DNA from: Sedimentisphaeraceae bacterium JB056 | GTDB lineage: Bacteria; Planctomycetota; Phycisphaerae; Sedimentisphaerales; Sedimentisphaeraceae | Direction: 5' to 3' | Assembly: GCA_044440125.1 (NCBI GenBank) | Contig: JBITAJ010000027.1 | Coordinates: forward strand, 224,001 to 288,000 | DNA: 64,000 nt | Shown: positions 19,962-27,675 of the stretch, one piece after another | How the letters are laid out: the number at the start of each line of letters is the position of its first letter | Position numbering within the stretch: position 1 is the stretch's first letter | Notes under the pieces: model-generated | What the model saw: only the letters and a program-made list of their open reading frames with translations | Databases searched by the model: none | Told to the model about the DNA's origin: nothing | Made by a program: the position numbers and the translations under genes

Positions 19962-21284
19962 ATGACGATTAGATACGATAAATATAAAGATTCAGGTGTT
20001 GAGTGGATTGGAGAGATTCCAAGCCATTGGAGTACAATAAAAGTCAAATATCTTGCGAAGGAAAATGTTCAATATGGATTGAATATAGGCAGCGAAAATT
20101 ATGTTGAGAATGGAGTAAGATTCTTAAGGACAACTGATATTGATGATTATGGGAAGATTCAAGATGAAGGGGTCTTTTTGTCAAATGATGCCGTTGATGC
20201 TTGCTACATACTTAAAGAAGGTGATTTTCTAATATCTAGAAGTGGAACTATCGGAAGAGCCTATGTTCATGGCAAACAAAAAGTAAAGTATTCATATGCT
20301 GGCTATCTCGTACGATTTGTTTTTGGGTATTTTACTTATGCTAAATATTTGTTTTATATAACTAAATCAGAATCGTTTGCTCAATGGCTGGCATCTATGA
20401 GTGTTGAATCAACTATAGGAAATGTAAACGGTCAAAAGTATGCGAATTTTCAATTTATGCTTCCATCTAAAGAAGAAACTGAAACAATTTTACATTTTCT
20501 TGATGCTAAGACTTCTAAGATTGACATGTTGATTGAGGCTAAGAGACGGCAGATTGAGCTTTTGAAGGAGCAGCGGACGGCGGTTATAAATCATGCCGTA
20601 ACTAAGGGGCTTGATCCCAATGTGGAGATGAAGGATTCAGGTGTTTATTGGCTGGGGGAGATTCCGAAGCATTGGGGGGTGAAGAAGCTAAAATATCTGT
20701 TGGTAGGTAAATTGAAATATGGTGCTAATGAGTCAGCGGAATCAGATGATAAATCAATGCCTCGCTATATTAGAATAACGGACTTTGGTGAAAATGGAGT
20801 CTTAAAAGATGAAACGTTCAGATCTTTACCAATGGGTATTGCAAAAGAATATTTATTAAATGAAGGTGATATCCTTTTTGCAAGAAGTGGTGCAACAGTT
20901 GGGAAAACTTTTCAATTTAAGAATTATAATGGAGTTGCTTGTTTTGCTGGCTATTTAATAAAAGCAAGCCCTGATTCTCAAATATGCCTATCTGACTTTT
21001 TGTATTATTTTACGAAATCGCTATTATATGAGAATTGGAAAAATAGCGTTTTTATTCAAGCAACAATCCAAAATATAGGAGCCGATAAATATCAGAATTT
21101 AATGGTTGTTTTACCACCAATTGAAGAGCAATATAAAATAACAAATTATATCGAATCAGAATTGTCTAAAATAGGTAAGATTATTTCCAAAGCTGAAAAA
21201 CAGATTGAATTATTGACAGAATACAGAACAGCTTTGATTTCGGAAGCAGTAACTGGAAAGATTGATGTTAGGAGGGAATGTTAA
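19962..21284 (+). CDS. hsdS: Type I restriction-modification specificity subunit; start moved to ATG 19962
   Basis: Two KDSGV.W.GEIP..W repeats, two TRDs, C-terminal LISEAVTGKIDVR; AAGGA RBS. Confidence 0.95.
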   Translation: MTIRYDKYKDSGVEWIGEIPSHWSTIKVKYLAKENVQYGLNIGSENYVENGVRFLRTTDIDDYGKIQDEGVFLSNDAVDACYILKEGDFLISRSGTIGRAYVHGKQKVKYSYAGYLVRFVFGYFTYAKYLFYITKSESFAQWLASMSVESTIGNVNGQKYANFQFMLPSKEETETILHFLDAKTSKIDMLIEAKRRQIELLKEQRTAVINHAVTKGLDPNVEMKDSGVYWLGEIPKHWGVKKLKYLLVGKLKYGANESAESDDKSMPRYIRITDFGENGVLKDETFRSLPMGIAKEYLLNEGDILFARSGATVGKTFQFKNYNGVACFAGYLIKASPDSQICLSDFLYYFTKSLLYENWKNSVFIQATIQNIGADKYQNLMVVLPPIEEQYKITNYIESELSKIGKIISKAEKQIELLTEYRTALISEAVTGKIDVRREC

Positions 21285-22331
21285 ATGTCGATGATCTCAT
21301 CTTACCGCAATCAGATACAGAGAATTACAAAAGATATTGCTAAACTTCAAACTGATCTAAGCAAAGAAGCTAAGATAATTGCTGATGCTAAAAAAAATAT
21401 TAATAGGGTTAATAGGAGTATTACTTCCAATACATCTCAAAGTATAATTTGCTCTAAAATGCGAGAGATAGAGAGATATGAAGACAAGACTGCTAGATCA
21501 GAACAAAAACGTGCCGATCTTGAAAACAAAAAAGCTCGCAAGACTGAAGAATTAAATCGAATAAAAGAACGATTGGATAGGGAAGAACTAAGAGAAACAG
21601 ATAAGCAGATGCGTCAGCAGAAACAGACTTTTGATAAAATTAATTATAACTTAGAAACTCAGAGTAGACTTATTAAAGAGAATACTCAAGCAGTGAGAGA
21701 TTTGCAGAAGCCTATAGAGCAAATTACTGTTTTATTCTTTGCTTCAAATCCTCATTTAGATTTGAGACTCGATGAAGAGATGAGAGCTATTGATGAAATG
21801 GTTAGAAAATCTGAACATCGAGATTCTGTTATTTTACAATCAAAATGGGCTGTTCGTCCTGCGGATATTTTACAGGGAATTAATGAGTATTCTCCGCAAA
21901 TTATTCATTTCAGTGGGCATGGTTCAGAAACGGGAGAACTTGTTTTGCAGGATGATGCAGGGCAAGCAAAGCTTATCGATGTCGATGCTATGGTTCAGGT
22001 CATGGTTGCATCAAGTAGTTCAATAAGATTTGCATTTCTAAATGCTTGCTACTCTCATGAACAAGCGATGGCTATAGTTGAATATGTTGAGGCAGCTATT
22101 GGAATGAATGCTCCTATCGGTGATAACGCTGCCAAAATATTTGCAAGTCAGTTTTATTCTGCGATTGGATTTGGTAAATCAGTTAAAGAAGCTTTTGAAC
22201 AAGCTAAGGCATTATTAATGATGGAGGGTATCAAAGAGGTGGATACTCCTGAATTATTTGTTGCTGATGGAGTAAATGCTGAAGATATAATCTTAGTAAT
22301 ACCTGAGAACAATGTTGGAGATAAGTCATGA
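21285..22331 (+). CDS. N-terminal coiled coil fused to CHAT (caspase HetF-associated) protease domain
   Basis: VLFFASNP, LRLDEE.RAI, IIHFSGHG (catalytic His), FLNACYS (catalytic Cys), FASQFY.A; first about 140 aa are charged and helical. Confidence 0.88.
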   Translation: MSMISSYRNQIQRITKDIAKLQTDLSKEAKIIADAKKNINRVNRSITSNTSQSIICSKMREIERYEDKTARSEQKRADLENKKARKTEELNRIKERLDREELRETDKQMRQQKQTFDKINYNLETQSRLIKENTQAVRDLQKPIEQITVLFFASNPHLDLRLDEEMRAIDEMVRKSEHRDSVILQSKWAVRPADILQGINEYSPQIIHFSGHGSETGELVLQDDAGQAKLIDVDAMVQVMVASSSSIRFAFLNACYSHEQAMAIVEYVEAAIGMNAPIGDNAAKIFASQFYSAIGFGKSVKEAFEQAKALLMMEGIKEVDTPELFVADGVNAEDIILVIPENNVGDKS

Positions 22332-22999
22332 CTAATGATGCACTAAATTTAGAAGGGAAACTATCTAAATCTATCGAATCTGAGCAATTAGGCAAGCTTA
22401 CTGCAAGCTATGCGGAACTTGGTTTGGATACTATCCTTGAAGATGGTTTATTGAAAGATATTCCTATATTGGGGACGATAACAAGTCTAGCTAAAATTGG
22501 TTTTAATATGAGGGATAGAGTGTATTTAAAGAAGTTGATATTATTTCTATCTCAAATGTCTGACGTGTCTCAAGAACAACGCGAAGAATTTGTTAAAAAA
22601 AGTTGTATTGGCAATAGATATTTTGAAGAGACAATAATGTTGATTATTGAAAAGGCAGACAGATTTGAGAAAACTCAATTGATCGGCAAAATATTTAAGT
22701 CTTCAATTATAGGTAAAATATCATCTAAGACTGCTTTTTTACTATCGGATATAGTTAATAATACTTATTGGGCAGATTTATCTGAGGTATTATTTTTAAC
22801 TCTTCCTTTATCTGAGATTGCGATGCAACGGTTGTATTCTGTAGGCTTGCTTATTGAATGTGATGATACTTTTCTTGAGCCTAATCCTGAGATTACATTG
22901 GATGAAATTAAATATGAAATAAGTGACTACACACATCTATTAAGCTTAATTCATTTTAACAAGCATGATGATATTAATGATTACTATCGGTCAATTTAA
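22328..22999 (+). CDS. Hypothetical protein, Abi-alpha/DUF4393-like, translationally coupled to the CHAT gene
   Basis: ATGA overlap; DIPILGTITSLAKIG..RDRVYLKKL..FL segment recalls that family; family call tentative. Confidence 0.55.
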   Translation: MTNDALNLEGKLSKSIESEQLGKLTASYAELGLDTILEDGLLKDIPILGTITSLAKIGFNMRDRVYLKKLILFLSQMSDVSQEQREEFVKKSCIGNRYFEETIMLIIEKADRFEKTQLIGKIFKSSIIGKISSKTAFLLSDIVNNTYWADLSEVLFLTLPLSEIAMQRLYSVGLLIECDDTFLEPNPEITLDEIKYEISDYTHLLSLIHFNKHDDINDYYRSI

Positions 23000-23014
23000 G
23001 ATAAATGAGATTTT

Positions 23015-25972
23015 ATGATTAATTTACATACCTATACAGAACAAAACTTTGAGGAACATATTGAAGCTTATTTGCTTGCGAGCGGGTATTGTAAGAGGTC
23101 TTATGGTGATTATGACAAGAAGCTTTGTCTTATTGCTGATGATGTTTTAGGCTTTTTAAAATCCACGCAGGAGAAAGAGTATGATAAACTTTTGCCGCAG
23201 TATGGGAGCAGTACGGATGAAAAGCTTATCGGCAGGCTTTCGGCAGAGATTGGCAGGCGTGGTGTTTTGGATGTGTTGCGCAATGGTTTTAAAGACAGGG
23301 GTGCGAGATTTCGGCTTGCATATTTTAAGCCTGCAAGCGGAATGAATGCCGAGCATATAGAGCTTTATCGGCAGAACCGTTTCAGTGTTGTACGTCAGCT
23401 TCGTTACAGCGAAAAGAATGAAAACAGCCTCGATATGGTCCTGTTTCTTAACGGTTTGCCGATAATAACGGCAGAGCTGAAGAACAGCCTTACCGGACAG
23501 TTTGTGTCGGAGGCTAAGAAGCAATACAGAAAAGACCGAAGTCAGAAGGAGCCGTTGTTTGCATTTAAGAGATGTCTTGTGCATTTTGCGGTCGGTAACG
23601 AAGAGGTTGCCATGACAACGAGGCTTTCGGGAGATAAGACGAGGTTTCTGCCGTTCAATAAGGATATTGTGAACCCCGTTAATCCTAACGGGCATAAAAG
23701 TGCGTATTTGTGGGAGGATATATGGCAGAGGGATACGCTGCTTGACATGATAGACAATTATCTATGCGTGCAGAAGAATGTTGAGAAGTATTTTGATAAG
23801 AGCAGGGGGCTTTGCGAGAAGGAAAGCGAGGTCTTGATTTTTCCCCGTTATCATCAGCTTGATTGCGTTAGGAGTATTATTGACGAAGTGAGGAAAGATG
23901 GTGCGGGGCATAATTATCTTGTTCAGCATTCGGCGGGTTCTGGTAAGAGTAATTCTATCGCATGGCTTGCGCATAAGCTGGCGAGCTTTTACAGAGATAA
24001 AAACGATAAGGAAAGGCTCTTTGACAGTATCATTGTAGTTACTGACAGGTGTGTGCTTGATGAACAGCTTCAGAAGACAATCAAACAGTTTGAGAAGACT
24101 GATGGGGTTGTGTGTGAGATTGATATTAATTCTGCACAGCTTCAAAAAGCACTTGAACACGGCAAGAGCATTATAATTTCTACAATACAGAAGTTCGGCG
24201 TTATCGCAGAGACCATAAGCAGGCTTAAAGGAAGCAGGTTTGCGGTTATAGTTGATGAGGCACATACGAGCCAATCGGGAGAATCCGCCAAGCAGTTGAA
24301 GAAGGCTTTGGGGGCTAAGGTGGAAGAAGCGGACGAGGGGTTAGAGGCTGAATTTGATGTTGAAGAAGAGATAATAAAAGAGATACAGACCCGGGGCAGG
24401 CAGAAACATATATCATATTTTGCATTTACCGCAACGCCTAAAAATAAGACATTGGAGCTTTTCGGGCTTAAAAAAGATGATGGGAAGTTTGCGGCGTTTC
24501 ATAATTACCAGATGAGGCAGGCGATAGAAGAGGGCTTTATTCTGGATGTGCTGGAGAACTATACTACTTATAAGCGGTATTTCAAGCTTGCGAAGAAGAT
24601 TGAAGAGGACGGCGAATATGAGAAGGGCAAGGCTCAACGACTTTTGATGTCGTATGTTGACGGGCAGTTGCATTCAGTCGAAACCAAATCAAGGATAATG
24701 CTGGAGCATTTCCTATCGCATACTGTGAAGGCGATAAAAGGGAAGGGACGGGCAATGGTTGTAACGAGCTCGCGTTTGCAGGCGGTGAAGTTTTATAAGA
24801 TGTTCTGCAAGATAATGGCTGAGAAGCATTTGCGGTTTAAGCCGCTGGTTGCTTTTTCGGGGACGGTGGTTGATGATGGTGAGGAGTATACCGAAAAACG
24901 GCTTAATGGGCTTGAAAGCAGGGTTAGCATTAAGGATGCTTTGAAAACGCCGGAGTTTCGGATACTGATAGTCGCAAATAAGTTTCAGACGGGGTTTGAT
25001 GAGCCGCTTTTGCATACTATGTATGTTGATAAGAAGCTTGGGGGAGTTAGTGCAGTGCAGACATTGAGCAGGCTTAACAGGACATGTTCAGATAAGAAGG
25101 GGTGTGTTGTGCTGGATTTTGTGAACGAGGCGGAAGATATACAGAAAGCGTTTCAGCCGTATTACCAGACGACGCTGCTTGCCGAAGAGAGCGACCAAAA
25201 CAAGCTTTATGATATTGAGAGGGAGCTTTGGGGATTTGAGGTGTTCAATCAGGCGGATCTTGATGAGTTTGCGGAGATATTCTTTAATCCGGCTCTGGCT
25301 TCGGAGGGTTTACAACCGATACTTGATCGCGGGGTGGAGCAGTGGCGGCATAAAAAAGAGGAACAGCGGGAAGAATTCCGGTCGCTTTTGCAGAGTTATG
25401 TGAGGATATACGGGTTTATGAGTCAGCTGGTTACGTTTGAGGATGTTGAGCTGGAGAAGCTTTATGTTTATTGTAAGTGTCTTGGGCGTAAGCTTCCCCG
25501 CCGTAATAATCCGTTGCCTTATGAGGTGTTGGAGGCGGTTGATCTGGATTCTCTCAGGGTAGAACAGACTTATAAGGGGGCTATCGAGCTGGAAAAAGAG
25601 GATGGCGAGACTGTGCCGATTACTACGGGGCAGAGGAAAAATAAAGATGATGAAAGAGATTTTCTTTCAGAGATTGTTGAGGTTCTTAATGAGCTGTACG
25701 GGGCTAATCTTACCGAGGAAGATAGAATTGATGTCGGCAGAATAGAGGAAAAATACGCGGCAGATGAGGGGCTTAAAAAAGCGAGAAATCAGAAAAATAG
25801 TAAAGATAACATCAGGCGAAAATCTGATAAGGTAATTGATGAATTGGTTCTTGATTTCGTAAATACAAAAATTGAGCTTTATAAGAAGCTTACCGATTCT
25901 AATATCAATGCAATGCTTAAATCGGAGCTTTTTGAAAAGCAGCAACAGATTATGGCAGAGAGTTTTGGTTAA
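23015..25972 (+). CDS. hsdR: Type I restriction endonuclease subunit R
   Basis: DMVLFLNGLPIITAELKN nuclease motif, QHSAGSGKS Walker A, DEAH, FTATP, TGFDEP, QTLSRLNR. Confidence 0.96.
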   Translation: MINLHTYTEQNFEEHIEAYLLASGYCKRSYGDYDKKLCLIADDVLGFLKSTQEKEYDKLLPQYGSSTDEKLIGRLSAEIGRRGVLDVLRNGFKDRGARFRLAYFKPASGMNAEHIELYRQNRFSVVRQLRYSEKNENSLDMVLFLNGLPIITAELKNSLTGQFVSEAKKQYRKDRSQKEPLFAFKRCLVHFAVGNEEVAMTTRLSGDKTRFLPFNKDIVNPVNPNGHKSAYLWEDIWQRDTLLDMIDNYLCVQKNVEKYFDKSRGLCEKESEVLIFPRYHQLDCVRSIIDEVRKDGAGHNYLVQHSAGSGKSNSIAWLAHKLASFYRDKNDKERLFDSIIVVTDRCVLDEQLQKTIKQFEKTDGVVCEIDINSAQLQKALEHGKSIIISTIQKFGVIAETISRLKGSRFAVIVDEAHTSQSGESAKQLKKALGAKVEEADEGLEAEFDVEEEIIKEIQTRGRQKHISYFAFTATPKNKTLELFGLKKDDGKFAAFHNYQMRQAIEEGFILDVLENYTTYKRYFKLAKKIEEDGEYEKGKAQRLLMSYVDGQLHSVETKSRIMLEHFLSHTVKAIKGKGRAMVVTSSRLQAVKFYKMFCKIMAEKHLRFKPLVAFSGTVVDDGEEYTEKRLNGLESRVSIKDALKTPEFRILIVANKFQTGFDEPLLHTMYVDKKLGGVSAVQTLSRLNRTCSDKKGCVVLDFVNEAEDIQKAFQPYYQTTLLAEESDQNKLYDIERELWGFEVFNQADLDEFAEIFFNPALASEGLQPILDRGVEQWRHKKEEQREEFRSLLQSYVRIYGFMSQLVTFEDVELEKLYVYCKCLGRKLPRRNNPLPYEVLEAVDLDSLRVEQTYKGAIELEKEDGETVPITTGQRKNKDDERDFLSEIVEVLNELYGANLTEEDRIDVGRIEEKYAADEGLKKARNQKNSKDNIRRKSDKVIDELVLDFVNTKIELYKKLTDSNINAMLKSELFEKQQQIMAESFG

Positions 25973-25993
25973 AAATTTGAGGTTTGAAAAAGA

Positions 25994-26128
25994 GGCACAC
26001 GGACAGGCACGGACTTACATGGACGGACACAGACGAAATAGGTCGATTGACTTAGTGATTAGTTATAAATTACGAATTAGGAATTAGGGATTTTAGGGGG
26101 CTGCCCGCTTCTTTTGGGCGCGGTACTG
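25994..26128. repeat. Repeat block downstream of hsdR (10-mers, AATTAGG heptamers, REP-like hairpin)
   Basis: GCACACGGAC AGGCACGGAC TTACATGGAC GGACACAGAC; AATTACGAATTAGGAATTAGG identical to 17687-17707; REP copy at 26101-26128. Confidence 0.75.
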
Positions 26129-26165
26129 CTTGCGGCAATTATCAGTGCTTTGGTTTATTAGATTT

Positions 26166-27251
26166 CTATATTTCTCTTGGTTTTGCTACTGATTGTCTTT
26201 GTATTAGATCAGGGCAAATCAGGCATGAGCTTGCCGAAGAAGTGTTATTCTGCCGGTTGTCATCATTGTTGTAGAGTATCTGGTTTACCGCCTCGAATGC
26301 CACTTTCTCATCGGGCTGCTTTATAACTGTCAGCGGTGGTGTTGACCATCTGTTTACGAGCATGCTGTCGTCATAGCTTATTACAGAGAAATCTTCGGGG
26401 ATGCTGTAACCTTCTGCTTTAATTGCTCTTACAACACCTGCCGCAATCTGGTCGTCATAAGTGAATACGGCAGTGAAATCATTGTTTTTACGCAAAAATT
26501 CCCTGAAATTCTCCTCAGAGTGGTTGTCTTCACAACTGCTTTCATCATAAAAGACGAGGTTGTCAGGTCTTGTGATATTCATCTCGGTATATGCCCTGAG
26601 CATTCCAAAATATCTTTCACGTGAAAAGTGGGAGTCGTTTCCTACGTTTGATTTTGCAAGCTGGTATGTGGCGTAAAGTATTTTGCGGTGGCCGTGCTCA
26701 AGCAGGTGTTTGGTTGCCAGGTATCCGCCCATAACGTTATCCACTAAAACTGACTTCACATTAGGCAGTGCGACATCATCAAGCAAGCTGACGATTTTCG
26801 TTCCATTCAATGAAATCTGGTGGATTTTCTCTATCGTTTCGTTTATTCCTTTTGACTTTATTATTATGCCTTCAACCCGCTTGCTGAGCATGAAATCGAG
26901 CTGTGCTATTTCCAGTTGCGGGTCCCATTGCGTCAGCCCGAGTATTATGCCGTAATGCTCTTTTTGGCTGTACTTCTGGATGTATGTTACAAGTTCATCG
27001 ATCTGAAATGAAAAGAAATTGGGTATTATAAGCCCGATCAGCTGGGAAGATTGATTTCTCAGTGCTTTTGCCGCATAGTTTGGTCTGTAGCCAATACGCT
27101 CAGCCTCTTCCAATACCTTGGCCTTTAGCTCAGGGCCAACCTTGCCGGCATCTCTCAGTGCTCTTGACACGGATGCAGGAGATATGTTGAGGTTTCTGGC
27201 TATGTCAACAATCGTCGGCTGGTTCTTTTTCGTTTCTTCTTGTATCATCAT
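26166..27251 (-). CDS. LacI-family transcriptional regulator (start probably 27251 or 27248)
   Basis: TIVDIARNLNISPASVSRAL HTH, GYRPNYAAKAL hinge, IPEDFSVISYDD. Confidence 0.93.
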   Translation of the reverse strand: MMIQEETKKNQPTIVDIARNLNISPASVSRALRDAGKVGPELKAKVLEEAERIGYRPNYAAKALRNQSSQLIGLIIPNFFSFQIDELVTYIQKYSQKEHYGIILGLTQWDPQLEIAQLDFMLSKRVEGIIIKSKGINETIEKIHQISLNGTKIVSLLDDVALPNVKSVLVDNVMGGYLATKHLLEHGHRKILYATYQLAKSNVGNDSHFSRERYFGMLRAYTEMNITRPDNLVFYDESSCEDNHSEENFREFLRKNNDFTAVFTYDDQIAAGVVRAIKAEGYSIPEDFSVISYDDSMLVNRWSTPPLTVIKQPDEKVAFEAVNQILYNNDDNRQNNTSSASSCLICPDLIQRQSVAKPREI

Positions 27252-27283
27252 TATAGGTAAATTCGGAACTTTTTGTAAATAAT

Positions 27284-27374
27284 CAGGTAAAACGTTCTCA
27301 TATACCATAATATACTCTTTTTGAAAGATAGCAACCAAAAAATTACATATCCACGCTCAGGACAACGTTTACCC
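27284..27374. promoter_or_regulatory. Two LacI-type operator-like sites
   Basis: GGTAAAACGTTCTCA (27286) and AGGACAACGTTTACCC (27359), central AACGTT. Confidence 0.6.
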
Positions 27375-27466
27375 TTGCTTTATTGCTCTGAGGGCGGTTT
27401 TTGTCGATTTTTGTATAGTTTTATTTGTAGATATCAAAAAAAGAGGTAAAAAAAGAGAAAAAAAAC

Positions 27467-27513
27467 TTGAAATATTCCTGTTTGAAGCGCATAATAAGGA
27501 CAACGTTTGCCTT
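27467..27513 (+). promoter_or_regulatory. Sigma70-type promoter with LacI operator
   Basis: TTGAAA-17-CATAAT followed by AAGGACAACGTTTGCCTT; near-identical unit at 42355-42401. Confidence 0.8.
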
Positions 27514-27675
27514 GTCTTGTTTCGACAACACTGGCAGTCTTATCCGGATGGCTGTTTTTTGACTATTTTCAGGCACATTCAGACTTGGCTGACGTAAACA
27601 ATAAAGGATGTTTACTTGCTTTAAAAAGTTCCCGCAAGGGTTGTGTGTTTTAAAATTTTCAGAAAGGATGGACCT

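Noticed and set aside
19962..22999. Phase-variable hsdS shufflon
   Set aside because: Only one hsdS, no silent TRD copies and no recombinase in the locus.
27533..27560. Attenuator in the leader of the LamG operon
   Set aside because: The stem depends on several G-U pairs and no alternative structure or leader peptide is evident.
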